This document shows, piece after piece, positions 11,485 to 25,225 of a stretch of 64,000 nucleotides of DNA. The stretch is from Phallusia mammillata (lineage: Eukaryota), in contig OZ281494.1 of the NCBI GenBank assembly GCA_965637545.1, positions 5,146,001 through 5,210,000 of the forward strand, read 5' to 3'. Under the pieces are notes generated by a model. It did no database searches. It had not been told where the DNA came from and saw only the letters and a program-made list of their open reading frames with translations. The stretch's first letter is position 1, and every line of letters begins with the position of its first letter. The position numbers and the translations under genes are program-made.

Positions 11485-14255
11485 TTAAACCGGTACAACT
11501 GGTTGAAGAGTTGTAGCAGCAGAAGGACATGAAACACAACGATCGAGTATTGTCTTTTTACTTTATCCCATGCTTCTGTGTCACCATCGTCAATATCAAA
11601 CATGGCGTCCACGATTCCAGGAAAAGCTGTGTTGCCGTAAGTGTCATGTTGACTGGGCGCTGGTATAACGTGTCTGAAATACAGCAAAACATATTTCTGT
11701 CAAGGCTACTGAATTGCCTGAGGTGGTATTTTTACAACCAGTAAGTTTTACCTGTAAGCAGTTCTTCCAGGTAATGGATTCTGATCAATGAAAGCTCTTT
11801 CCAGTTGCATCAGTTGATCGTTTACTACTCTCACTGCTGCAAAGCTAAACAAGAAAAAAAATTTGCGTGTAGACACAACATTTGGCGTTCCCCACATTAG
11901 CTTACTCGATTTTATCCAGATTGTCGATTCTTGTGTGTAATTCTTTTGCCGATAAGGAGAATCGTTCAATGGCGTTTTCCAACTGAGCTGTTGAAATTAA
12001 AAAATTTTTGTATCTTATATTAATGCAAGACCTATTGAGAGTAGATGTTCTCGTTTCGAATTAGTGTCGTTGGGGTAACCGATGTTTTACCTAAATCAAT
12101 CTCATGGTTTTGCATAGATGCTCCATAATTGGTTTTCAAAGCATCAAACTTATCTTTCAGGTCGTCGCCATAAGATGTGGCATCAAATGGCAAAATGGTC
12201 GATTCCGCCAATCGTCTTCCAGTTTCTGCCCACAATCTTGCCATCGCCTGTCCCCACGAGTAATTAGGATCAACAAACTTTGTTACGTAGTTGAATGTTT
12301 CGTACACCGAGTGGTAGACAGGATAGGGGAAAATTCTGCTGCTCTATTAAAAGCAACAAAATCAGCTATCAAAAGAATGCAACATGTTGATATACTACTT
12401 CTGGTAGTAGTTAAGATGAACATGAATACATAACTGAGATCAGCCCTGAAGCCTTTAATGGGCCTGGCGTACTGTGATTAAAAAATGTGTGTACCGTGAT
12501 TGCTGGTCTGCATTGACGGTTCAGGGCTGATCCCAGTTATGTATTTATGTTCATCTTAACTGATACTAGTCAATCTGGCGATCCCCCATTACGAAGTCGA
12601 CATGTGCAGCATACGAGACAAGCAACGGTGCTTGTGATTTGACTTTTGGCGCATGTTTCACTGACCCTGCGGAGCTCAGTTGGTAGAGCGCGAGTCCCGG
12701 AAAGACTCTTGGCGTGGGTTCGAATCCCACCACAGGCTAGATTTTTCTAGCCTACGCCTTGCCATATGGTGGTAAATATTTTTTTAAGATGTAATATTTT
12801 GAAATGTACAATTAAAAAAAAACTAGTGTACAAAAGCTATTATGCAAGTGCAAAGTTCATCCATCACTAAAATGCTTGCTTCAACTGGTACACTTCTTTT
12901 CAAACCAAGTTTGCCGCAAGATTTACTTACTGGGTCGTTAATGTTATGCAGCCACAAGGCTGAAACACCGATGGCTTGAAGGAATGTTGTAAAATCACTT
13001 CCAGAACCCAATGAATCGAATCTATGCAGAAAATCAATGACATTAAGACACGAAGGCTTTAGACTAGAGTACCCAAATGCACAGTTGTATTTTGTATTAT
13101 CGTAAAATTGTGCTTTTTGCTTTTGCTTTCCGTGTGACCAATAAAAAAGCTGCTGAAAGGATATTTGCACCGGTGCATATTAACAAAAAGCAAAAAAAGT
13201 CTTGTCCCTTTATAAAAATGTGGTGTTAGGCAAAGTCTCTGCTAGTTATTTAATGCAACAAAGATCCGAACGTAACTTAAAATTGCAGCTGTAACGTGTT
13301 GATGGTAAATAATAAAGATATTGGTTTGTAAATTGGCACGCAAACCTCGGGTTTGTTCTATCTTGATTTGGAACCCGGTTCACCCAGGTATCGTAAACCG
13401 TTTTCCGGCCAGCAGCAACTTCTTCCTTATCCGGATTTGGAACGACTTTTGCAACATCAAATATAAGGTTACGCAAACTCGGAACGCCTGCGCCATTAAA
13501 CGAAAAGTTTCCACGTATTGGGGCGTCCACGTTGATGTAGGTGATTGCCCTGGCTTGTAGCTCTTTCTGCGTTTCCTGTATATAAGTGCAAAAATAGAAA
13601 ATCGAATAAGAAATGTGAGTGTGGCCACAAACACGACTTGGCGTTAGATCTAATGTGCGCTTGACTGGTGTCGTGTATATTTATAAGCTTTAAAAATAAT
13701 ATTGCAAACACACACTGTGTCACATATAACTTATGTGTGGTTGAGAAAGCTGCAGCAAAAAATTTCTCCGTTGTTTAAGCAAGAATAATTTTGCCTCACC
13801 TCAACCCATTCAGTTGATCCAATCAGTCCATACTCTTCAGCTCCCCAACTACAAAACACCAGAGTTCTTCTCGGTCTCCATCCTTCCTTCAACATCTTCC
13901 CGAAAGCTCTGGTCATCTCCAACATCACTGCTGTTCCACTAGAGGGATCAATTGCTCCGAAAACCCACGCGTCTCTATGGTTACCGAAGATAGCGATAGC
14001 GATCTGCAACAATGAGTAAAGTTATCTTACTCAAAACCGAACTATTTACAGACCGTGGCAACTTGGTTAAATACCTGGTTCGTAGCTTCCACGAATATAC
14101 CCGATGACGTTATGAATCTTAGCCACTTCGTTCTCAGTGTTCACAGACATCTTCATCATGCTGTGATGAACAAGTGCAGAAAGTTACCTCCTTTCTACGT
14201 TTGATTGACATTTCTAGGCATTACACTAACCAACACATTAGAAACAGGCGGATAT
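11485..14255 (-). pseudogene. Inverted copy B' of the GCPII-like pseudogene (exons 6-13), within right arm 10833-14255
   Basis: Mirror image of 4352-7122 carrying the same two frameshifts. It has no exon 1. Confidence 0.88.
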
Positions 14256-17172
14256 ATTCGTGGAAGCTACGAACCTGGTATTTAACCAAGTTGCCACGGT
14301 TTGCAAATGTTTATATTTAGAGTAAGATAACTTTACGTATTGATGCAGATCGTTACGTGATCTTCGGTAACCATAGAGACGCGTGGGTTTTCGGAGCAAT
14401 TGATCCCTCCAGTGGAACAGCCGTGATGTTGGAGATGACAAGAGCTTTCGGAAAGATGTTGAAGGAAGGATGGAGACCGAGAAGAACTCTGGTGTTTTGT
14501 AGTTGGGGAGCTGAAGAGTATGGACTGATTGGATCAACTGAATGGGTCGAGGTGAGGCAAGAAGGTTTGAAATGTTGTAAAAACGAAATTAGCCTCCCTG
14601 TTCTGAATCCCATACCTAACTCTAAGCGTTTAAAGACTTAAAGGTTATTTATATACGTCTTTTTAAGCATGACACCGACCAACTACATTTTATGTCACAT
14701 GTCACATTTATTTGTACATTGTATGTTTTATTATCTTTCCATTAAAACTACTAGAGATGTTGTATGTTGTGAACACATTCTATGTCAGAAAAACAGCCTG
14801 ACGTTGTCACCATTAGTGAAAGCGTCGTAGTAGATATGTGGTTTATATGGGCTAGTATGTGGGAGAAAAGAAAATTGTTTTGGAGCAACAGGCAACTATA
14901 AAGTCCATGTCTAGTGTTTCAAAGTTTTTCCTATTCGAGACTATAATTAGTTGGGTTAGATTTACATCCAAACAGGAGGATACCATTCAAATAGTGACTC
15001 TTATACTGTAGTCTTTTCTACTTTTGTGCAGGAATTGCAGAAGGAGCTACAAGCCAGAGCGGTCACCTACATCAACGTGGACGCCCCAATACGTGGAAAC
15101 TTTTCGTTAGAGGGCTCAGGAGTTCCGAGTTTGCGTAATCTCATTTTCGATGTGGCGAAAGTCGTTCCGAATCCGGATAAGGAAGAAGTTGCTGCTGGCC
15201 GAAAAATGGTTTACGATACCTGGGTTGACCGGGTCCCAAACCAGGATGGAACAAACCCTAGGTCTGGATACAATTAAACCTGATTATTTGACAATCGAAC
15301 GTTTACTGCTACAATGCTATTTCCGCAACAAAGGTCCTTTGATAGCATGTCGCCTAAAAACGTTACTAAATTAAGCAAATCGCAAATACATGTGTTGCCC
15401 ACTACTTACTTTTTTGCGATTGAAACAGAAAGTTTTACCTCGCGTCTAAATGTACGCTCAAGCACGGAAGTAGCTCAAATAACTGGTGACAATTTATTGT
15501 ATCTTGCAGGAATAAAGCTTTAGGTTAAAAAAAACGAAATTCGCCTTTAACGTTTTTTTAAGCTGATGGTACCTAAAACATCCAAAGTGCTTGAAATTCT
15601 CTTATTGTGTAGTTTCGGCTCATTGGGATCTGGTAGTGACTTTACGACGTTTCTCCAAGCTGTCGGAATTTCGTCTGTGTATTTACGTAACATATACGAT
15701 CCAGTAAGTTCAACGATTCTCATGGTAAACCTACTGTGTAAATACGGACCCAAACTGCAGTAAATAAGCCTGAGATGTATGCCCAAATATTTACAGCAAG
15801 CAACGTCGCAGTAAAATTTATGTCACAAAGCGTTAGTTGCTGTAATAGCTATAATTGCCGGTTCAATGTTTCAACTAAGCGTATTATAGGCAGCTCTGAA
15901 ATAGGTTTTTGTTACTTACCCGCCCTATTTCATGTTCCCAAACAAAATAAGCAGTGTTAACAGTGTAAATATATACTTTTACTGAATTAAGTGATAAATC
16001 CGATATGTGCACACAACTAGGTATATCAAACAACGTCACAGAAACATTCATATTATGAATCGTTAGTTTCTGGTAGCATCACTGGTTGAGTGTTTTAACC
16101 AAACCTGTTGTGAAAATACATCGTAAAAAAAGATTTTCATCACCTCATAGACCCATTTCAGGACCTCAGAATAATAATAAATGTGTCTACCTTTGACAAA
16201 AACGATTTTACAATTAACAGGATATCGGGTTGGGATCCTATCCTGTCTACCACTCGGTCTACGAAACATTCAGCCTCGTTACAAGGTTTGTGGATCCTGA
16301 TTACTCATGGGGACAGGCAATGGCGCGATTGTGGGCAGAAACTGGAAGACGATTGGCGGAATCAACTATTTTGCCACTTGATGCTACTGTTTATGCTGAA
16401 TATTTACAAGATAAATTTGATTCTTTGAAAAATAATTACGATGTATCAATGCAGAATCAAGGCATTGATTTAGGTAGGAACTTGTTTCAAAAATTTTTGT
16501 TGTGATTTTCAAAAACATTTGATATTTAAGCAGAATTAATTTTCTAGCCGTTGAGATATTGTCCTTGATTTTAACAGGACAATTGGAAAATGCCATTGCT
16601 CGCTTCACATCCTCGGCAAAAGAGTTACACACAAGAATTGACCATATTGATAAGACAGAGTAGGCTAAATGTGTGCTCTTTTCGGACAACTGTTTTTTAC
16701 ATTTTACTTTCTCTTATTCTCAGACCTTCAGCAGTGAGAGTAGTAAACGATCAACTGATGCAACTGGAAAGAGCTTTCATTGATCAGAATCCATTACCTG
16801 GACGAACTGCTTACAGGTAAAAACTATTTCGTTCTAAAACGACAACTTAAAAACTAGAAACGAAATTTTACCGACCAATATTTCCAAAACGGAAAAAGTA
16901 ACATTATGAACAAAACCAAAAAAAAACGCAACCTTGCTAAGATTCGAACCCATAACTCTAATAATTTGTGTGCACATTTCAGACACGTTATATCAGCTCC
17001 CAGTCAACACAACACTTACGGCAACACAGCTTTTCCTGGAATCGTGGACGCCATGTTTGATATTGACGATGGTGACACAGAAGCATGGGATGAAGTAAAA
17101 AGACAATATTCGATCGTTGTGTTTCATGTGCTTTCTGCTGCTGCAACTCTTAAACCAGTTGTACCGGTGTGA
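14256..17172 (+). pseudogene. GCPII/NAALADase-like copy C, 5'-truncated as assembled (end of exon 6 plus intact exons 7-13)
   Basis: Exons 14256-14277 (partial), 14349-14551, 15032-15261, 15613-15703, 16221-16473, 16578-16659, 16724-16816, 16983-17172. All have canonical length and are in frame. It begins abruptly at the inversion junction. Confidence 0.75.
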
Positions 17173-18206
17173 AAACCGAACGTTTTGTATTAAAACTGAT
17201 TGTTTACCAATTGTTGTTGTAAAATAATGGAAATTAAACTTAATTACGTATCAAATATTTTTTCGTGGTATGATCAATTTATCATCACAGAAAAGTAAAT
17301 GTTTTAATTGAATAAACTTACAATTAAATGTATTCCAAACTTATTGGGTTTTTAATGACAAATTTAAATGAAAACTTTGAAGTTTCCTGTCACAATGTGA
17401 AAAACTACAAAACTTAAAGCAAACAAATATGTTATTGCCAGAGTTACTAAAAGCTGTTTTATCAAAGATAAGCTTAAAGTGCAAATTTTAAACTAGTTAC
17501 AATTCCCCTACAGGGCAGAAGGCATTCCTTGTGTCGCCCAGTACCTACATGCAAGGTTCAAGTGTTTGCGTAGTTTTGAGGAAAAAATCCAAACACTAGA
17601 CACAATGGCGATTTTGACCCTGGATAAACAGCAAGGCCTTTAATGCGAGTTGTGCAAACATTTGAGTCGAGACGTTGGCTTTTTGTTTGTCGTTTGCCAC
17701 AGGATGGTTAGACAGTGGCATGTGGTTCATAGCAGCAAATGCATGTTGGACGCCTTGTGTGTAGAAAGTTGCTGGTAGCAAGTAACTCGAATGTTCTGGC
17801 ATTAGGTCCAGGGATATTTACAAATTTGTTTAAACTAAATACAAAATTATCTTGGCAAGACAATTTTTTAGGTAATAATAAAAAAGGGCAATAGTAAATG
17901 TTTTATGTTTTATGTTTTATGGTAATAATTGTTGATACTTTTTAAGAATGTTCACTAAAGAGTTGTAACGGTTACCTGCTTTAGGTTATTGTGAGATGAC
18001 GAAATATTATTATGTTTTGGGGGAAAGAAACAAAAGTACATCTGTTTGCGACAGAAAATGCTGAACTGTAGATTATAAATGTTGTGAAAATTACAGTAAA
18101 ATAAACAACAGCAAAATTGTAGTAACTAAAGAAAATGTCGAAGTTGATGTGCATTACAAAAAAAAAATTTTAAACCTTTTTATTACGGTGGTAGAAAATA
18201 AACAGA

Positions 18207-21200
18207 ATGTCGAAATCTCGGATTGCCATATTCTGCGTAATAACTGCAATCGTTGGTGTCGGTATTGGTGTTATTATCGGTTACTTCAGTTATCCATCTG
18301 CCGGTTGTGGACAACCAGTGGAAGATGCTTCGATCCAGAAGAGACTCATGGATGAAATGAAGAGCGAAAACATCAAGAATAACCTGGAGTAAGTTGTGTT
18401 TGTGAACTCGCATAATTTAGAAGGCCTTAAATACCAAACAGTTCTGCATTGGAAACTGTGTGTGGATACAAAGGTAACAATGTAACAATTACAATTCAGT
18501 TTTGTTGCAGCACATTATACGATTTTCTATGTAGTATTGACTAAAGCACAGCTTCAGATTGCTCACAATATTCTTCAGTGTACAGAGGGAGCTTACCTGT
18601 ATACCCAGAAAAATGAAGTACAATGCTGCGCATTAACTGGTATTTGTCGACACAACGTGCACATACAATGCTGCTCAATTCTAATGTTGCCCCCAGCGGT
18701 CGTCAGTGTACTTAGGAGCTTGTATGTGTGCCCAGACACATTAAAACCTAAGTTGCGCATAAACTGGTGCTTGTAGACACAACGCCGGCATATAATGCTG
18801 CTGACAGTGGTTCTTGAGGTAATTATGAAGCTTGTGTGTATACCCAGACACATAAATTCAAGTTGCACAAAAACTGGTGCTTGTCGCCATGTCCGTGCAA
18901 AGCATGTACATCTCCAGTTGCTCACAGTGGTTCACTTTTCGGTAACCAGATAGGTACACTTTTCAGTTTGTTGTCCAGACACATAAAACAAAAAGGAAAA
19001 CTGCATTAGACTTGTGCGTTGAGTGGAATTGTACTGTTATACCAATTTTCATTAATAGTTGAATTTCCAACTCGCTTGTTTTACAGCAAATAGCCAAACA
19101 TATAAGCACAAAATGTAAATTCGCAGAATCCTGACGAAACGACCCCACATCGCTGGTCGTGACGTAGATGAAGTGGATCTGGTGAATTTGATCAAATCTA
19201 GATGGGAAGAAGATGGAATGGATTCGGTTCAAGTACCCGAATACGACGTCCTTCTATCATATCCGAAACAAAACGACTCCAACTACATCGCGGTGTTGCT
19301 AAGCAACGGAACCGAAACCGATATTTCGCAACGGAAAGAACTTGTCCTAGATCCGGAACAAAATGACCCGGATGTTGTTGATCCTTTTAACGCATACTCG
19401 GCAGCAGGAGAGCCAAAGGTTAGACGTGAAAGTTACTTTTTACCTTGTTCAAATTAGCCACTTCAAATGAGTTTGCTTGACAATAATAGCATCATAGTGT
19501 GTTTAAATTTATGATTCCTGATTTGTGTTTGGACACACAACAGCATAAAGGAGGTGTGATGAGATCATGGGTTATTAACCTTTTTACATATCAGCACCCC
19601 TTTAATTCATCAATCAGTTCTTGTAGCCCGGTTGTATTTTTAATACTAATATTTTCTCGCATCATCCATGAATAGGTCTTATACTTAGGTTAAGAACCAA
19701 TGGTTCGATGCTGAAAAATGCTGTCGATTCTAGTCAGGTTGCAGAGTTGTTAATTAGGGATGGGCTGAGCCGAGAACACTCGGTCATTGTTGTTCTTAGA
19801 TATCCTTTCGAACACAAGTTTCGTGCGTTAGTAGGGCATGAATGTGCAAATTTAATACTCGTGTTAGTTTGGCCGAGTACCGAAAATAAAAAATACACAC
19901 TTATCGGGCCTGAACGGCTTAATACCCGGTCGCTCGTGACGTATGGGACCTTGGAAAGTTACTAAACTATCGTAGAATTGGAAATGTTTATGGCGTCAGA
20001 ATGCACCGAGTGCACTAAACAGAACATTTGCAGTTTGGCCCATGACTAATGCAACGGCATTGAACATTTGTTTTCCACGCTGTCAACGTTTTTTGCAGGA
20101 CGATTTGATTTACGTAAACTTCGCCACAATTGAAGATTTCATGAACTTAAATCGAACATTGAAAATTGATACTAAAGGAAAGGTTTGCATCGCGAGATAT
20201 GGAAGAATTTTTCGTGGTGACAAAGGTACTGATTAGACATCTTTTTCCTTCTCATGATTAACACCGCCGTGTTTTATCATAGCTGAACTTGCACAAGAAT
20301 ATGGATGCATTGGTCTCATCTTATATTCTGATCCTGCTGATTACACTGTTCCTTGGGCGGGAGTTTATCCCGATGACTGGTACTTACCCGGGACAGGGGC
20401 TCAACGTGGGACCTTGTGGACAGACAATGGTGATCCCCAGACCCCGAATTACCCCTCAATAGGTTTGCATTACAATATTATGTTGATGTATGTTGAAATT
20501 TCCAGCTACTTGGCTTTTTTCGTAGGATATAGGGTAGCCACTTTACCGCACTTCAGTTTGTTGGGAGCAACAAGCTGAAAAGCCATGTCTTGCCAACCTG
20601 TTTCGTGTCACAACTGGGCATTAACGACAGGAGAACGTGCTCACAATCTTTATTAGCTCATACGGCCGATATCTCGTCACCAGCTGCACTGATGAGACCA
20701 TATTGGTCGAAACAGTGTGCACTGTCTGTAGCTTATTATGTATTGGCTTGATGCTCTTATATTTATTAACAATGTCTCGATCATTAACACCATATGAAAA
20801 GTGTTCTGTGTTTAGCAAGTGCTTGGCGAAAACCGATTGATCAAATCCGTCTCCCGAAAATCCCGGTAACCCCGATCGGTTACGATGATGCGGTGAAGTA
20901 TTTGTCGAAACTTGATGGAGATGAAGTGGAGGAATCGTGGAGGGGAGGACTCAACATCACTTACAGATATGGACCAGGATTTGCTGCTCCTCATCAAACG
21001 AGGTTAGAAACTGCCATATACCACCTAAAAAGCACTAGGCTAAATGAGTGTTTGTGCCGTAATATTACTACAACCTTCATTAGCAAAGATCAAAAGCCGG
21101 CAAACTTTTTCACGTTTCTCATCAGTTTAAGCCACATAGCGTCAAAATATAACCTGTGTTTGATGCATGTAACTTATTAAATCCTTCGTTGCTAATTTTA

Positions 21201-24200
21201 TTAAGAGAAAAGGGTGGTTTTGCCCAAAAAAGGTACTCCTATGCCGGAAGTAATAGATGTAACTCTGGTTATGTTCCTAACGTTCTGCTCAGGCCTCTCT
21301 ACCCGAAAATAGTTGTGGACAAACAAGGCTGAAAGTCAATAGTTCCAGATGTACCTGCTGTATACACAAACTACAAGGCTTTATTCTGGTATTTATAGCC
21401 CATTAATACACTTTTTTGCTGCAGCAAAATCAAGATGTCCGTGAAAACTGAAAATAAAGTGGAAACGACACGCAACGTCATCGGGTACATTCGTGGAAGC
21501 TACGAGCCAGGTAAGAAAAATAATTAATATATGAAAAACTCATGAACAAAGTGACGTGAAGAGTAAGTGCTGGTTAATATTAAAAGCCGCCATCATTGAA
21601 AAAAGAAATAGTAAAAGTAAGACAAAAATAAACTACCAGCTTCTAAATTTCTCTTTAGATCGTTACGTGATCTTCGGTAACCACAGAGACGCGTGGGTTT
21701 TCGGAGCAATTGATCCCACCAGTGGAACAGCAGTGATGTTGGAGATGACCAGAGCTTTCGGGAAGATGTTGAAGGAAGGATGGAGACCAAGAAGAACTCT
21801 GGTGTTTTGTAGTTGGGGAGCTGAAGAGTATGGACTGATTGGATCAACTGAATGGGTCGAGGTGAGGCAAGAAGGATAAAATCGAATTTAGAGGCTAGTT
21901 GAAATCGAAGTTCTTCGCACTTTCACACACAAAGAGCAAAAGACCAATTTTACTGGAAGAATTAAAATGTATAAGATCATATGACCCGGTGCTACACCTG
22001 TCTTAGTAGTGGAGCACATTAATTTTTAGCGATTCATAATAATCTATGTTAAAAATAGAAGTATTTCGAGACACTTCAGACCTATTAAAAGCATACACAT
22101 GTGGATGCAAAGACAACCATTTTTTTCCAACATTGCTCATTGTTGCAAATAGCTATCCAATTAGCTTTTTGTGATCGGTAGGAACTCCAGAAAGAGTTAC
22201 AAGCCCGTGCTGTTATTTACATTAATGTGGACGCGTCTGTGGTGGGAAACTTCACATTGAATGGTGCTGGAGTTTTTAGTTTGAGCGAAGTCGTCTACCA
22301 AGTTGCCAAATCTGTTCCCAACCCCATCCCGAGTCAGATCGAAATGGGAAGAGATACTGTGTACGATTCCTGGGTCAAACATGACCCTGACGACAAAAAT
22401 GAAAAACCAAAGTAAGGTTTCCAACTTGGCATAGGCTTTCTTTGTATGTTGTTGAAACATGCTTTTTTATTGATTCAGTTTAAAACTCTCAAAATAATTT
22501 GTGTGCAATTACTTCACTGTTAGCATAAATTAGTTCTTGCTTCCAGGCATAATCTAGAAACGAGAATTGCTCATCCATCAGTTTTATTGCACACAACTAA
22601 CGTTTCGATGTCTCATACGAGACAACTTCGTCAGAAAATGGCATATCTTAAATGAAAACTGGTCCTGCAAAAGCAATATTTGTTTGGGCATTTTTCATAT
22701 AAGAGATTCACTAAAATTAAATTGCTATGACGCTACTTAACTTTAACTTAACATGCAGCTCGAACATTGACTAGTACAATTATAAAAGACTCCCAGCGTT
22801 CGAACATTGAGATTACTTACAGCAATGAACCAAATTACAACAAGACTACGAAATGATGCAAACGGTTTCTTTGTTTGTTTTTTCAAATGCTCTTGTTTTT
22901 GTTTCTTTAGATTCAGCTCGCTTGGTTCCGGCAGCGATTTTACTTCTTTTCTGCAAATAATCGGAATTTCATCAGTCGATCTTTTCTACACGTACAACCG
23001 GGTACGTACTAATACAAAATTTGTTATTTAATTAGTCATAATTTTAACATACAAAACACCGAAACTTAGCATAGGTGTGCCCCTCAGGTTATTTTGAACT
23101 AGGTATATGATATGAACTTGACCTGTTAAAAATATTGGGTGATGGAGTCCATGGCGGCAAAGCGCCCTGGCCCTTCCAAACGATCCTTACGGCAAGGTAA
23201 AGCAACGCCGATAGAAGAACAATAAACAAATCACGTTCAAAAGGATTAATTCTCAGCCTGCCTTAAAATTATTTATTTCTCTAAGAAAATAAATGTATGT
23301 GTAGTGTAGCTCAGAGATTTTTCTAGCGTGCTATGTCTTGCAATATGTGGGAATGCTTAGTGACTTCGGCATTACGCCTTCAATAGACCTGGCGTTTTAT
23401 GGTTGTTGCATCAATGTGCCGTGATCACTGGTGTGCAGTACAGACGCTTCCAGGACTGAAACCAGGAGTATACATCTTACAAATTCGAAAATAAACGTAG
23501 ATGCAACTATTTATACGACCATTACACCCTGATTTACATGTCTGTTGTAAACCTCAGAGCATCGGTCTGGCATCCTATCCTGTCTACCACTCGGTGTACG
23601 AAACATTTAGCCTAGTTACAAATTACGTCGATCCTGATTACTCCTGCCACCTAGCGATGGCTCGATTGTGGGCTGAACTGGGAAGAAGGATGGCTGAGTT
23701 CACTGTTCTGCCCATCGATGCTCGTTTGTACGGGACAGACTTGAAGGTCAAATTTGACGCACTCAAAGTCAACTTCGGGGATAAGATGACAGCCCAAGGA
23801 ATTGAACTAAGTCGGTTTAAGTTATAATCGTAATTGGCGCTTTACACAGAAACATTTTTGCTAATAAATTTTGTCATGTTTTCCCAATAAATTCTATTTT
23901 GTAGTTCTTCATAATTAATTAACAAAAAGTCTGATATACATGTGACTGTTGCAATAACAGTAATACAACAAAATGTATCATTTAGGTCAGTTGGAAAACG
24001 CCATTGCCCAATTTAGTACATCAGCTGATGAGCTGCATTCCCGAATTGACAAGCTTGATAAGACTGAGTAAGTTGATTACGTACAAAAAAAGTAATTTAA
24101 ATGTTGTTGTTTTTGCTAATTTAAAACAACATGACAGAAGCTTGAATTTATATCAGCTAGCTATGTTCAATGACGATTACTTATTCTTTTCAGTCCATCA

Positions 24201-24547
24201 GCTGTGAAAGTAGTAAACGATCAACTGATGCAACTGGAAAGAGCTTTCATTGATCAGAATCCATTACCTGGACGAACTGCTTATAGGTAAAACCGAATTG
24301 CTTCAAAACACAACCTTGCTAAGACTTCAACCCTTACACTTCGTTTGCACATTGCAGACACGTTATATCAGCTCCCAGTCAACATGACAGTTACGGCAAC
24401 ACAGCTTTTCCTGGAATCGTGGACGCCATGTTTGATATTGACGATGGTGACACAGAAGCATGGGATGAAGTGAAAAGACAATATTCGATCGTTGTATTTC
24501 ATGTCCTTTCTGCTGCTGCAACTCTTAATCCAGTCGTGCCGGTGTAG
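18207..24547 (+). CDS. Complete GCPII/NAALADase-like type II membrane metallopeptidase (M28B), copy D, about 731 aa
   Basis: 13 exons: 18207-18388, 19127-19418, 20099-20225, 20283-20462, 20816-21002, 21425-21510, 21659-21861, 22182-22411, 22911-23001, 23558-23810, 23986-24067, 24194-24286, 24358-24547. They total 2196 nt with consistent phases. It has an N-terminal TM helix, a PA domain ([22 protein letters not shown]), all Zn ligands and a TfR-like C-terminal dimerisation region. Confidence 0.95.
18570..18900. repeat. Degenerate tandem repeat (about 3 units of 113-126 bp) in intron 1 of copy D
   Basis: Recurrent CAGTG..GAGCTT..CCCAGA..ACTGGT..TTGT.GACACAACG motif order. Confidence 0.55.
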
Positions 24548-25105
24548 AAACCTAGATATCTAACTGGAGTCATTATTGCAATAATTTTAAAAATCTATGA
24601 CCATTTTCAAAAGTATAGCATTTTGACAATTTTAAAGGTAGATTATAGTCATCATGTAATCATAGTTGCCTATATCTCTTTAATTATTATTTTTTAAATT
24701 AGTTGGTTATATTCAGTTCACAAATAATATGGTACAATGCTGATTTTGCACTTTTCAATAGAAAATTGTATTGAAAATGCGTGACAAAAAACCAAACCGA
24801 AACCTTTCTAGCGTTGATTAATCAAAGCAGCGGACAGGTTAAAAGAGTAACTGTTGGTCGTGCAACAGATTCCGAACAAACTAAGGTGGTCCACACTTGA
24901 TAATAAGCTGGTAAAAATCCACATAACTTACAACTTTGAAGCAGGTCTTCTTCGAAATAAAAGTATTTTATGGTGGTGTAAATATGTAAAGAGGTATAGC
25001 CTACCCAAGACTTTCAGTCTAACTTCCGAGTACGAATATCGTTCATGGTTTCAAATCTGCACGTAGGTCAGCAGCCACAGACCGTTATCCTTTCGCAGTG
25101 TAAAG

Positions 25106-25225
25106 TTGTTGTTGTTTTTCACGGGGTTCGAACACTGGACGCTCGCGGGGACGAATCCCGATCAGTTTTTATGTCTGTATATAGGTCAGGCGAGCTAGAC
25201 CAATAGGCCAAGTTCAAGCCCAGCG
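25106..25225 (-). mobile_element. Short tRNA-related SINE family (copy 1 of 3)
   Basis: Shares the CCTGACC-ATATACAGACATAAAAACTGATCGGGATTCGTCCCCG body, the GTTCGAACCCCGTG B-box end and an A-rich tail with 30353-30462 and 41765-41888. Confidence 0.8.

Noticed and set aside
12665-12737. Functional tRNA-Ser(GGA) call
   Set aside because: It lacks U8 and U33, has a mismatched acceptor stem and no long variable arm. Kept only as a tRNA-derived element.
19566-19702. Possible hAT MITE in copy D intron 2 (also a lone end near 3771)
   Set aside because: The ends are degenerate and there is no matching 8-bp TSD.
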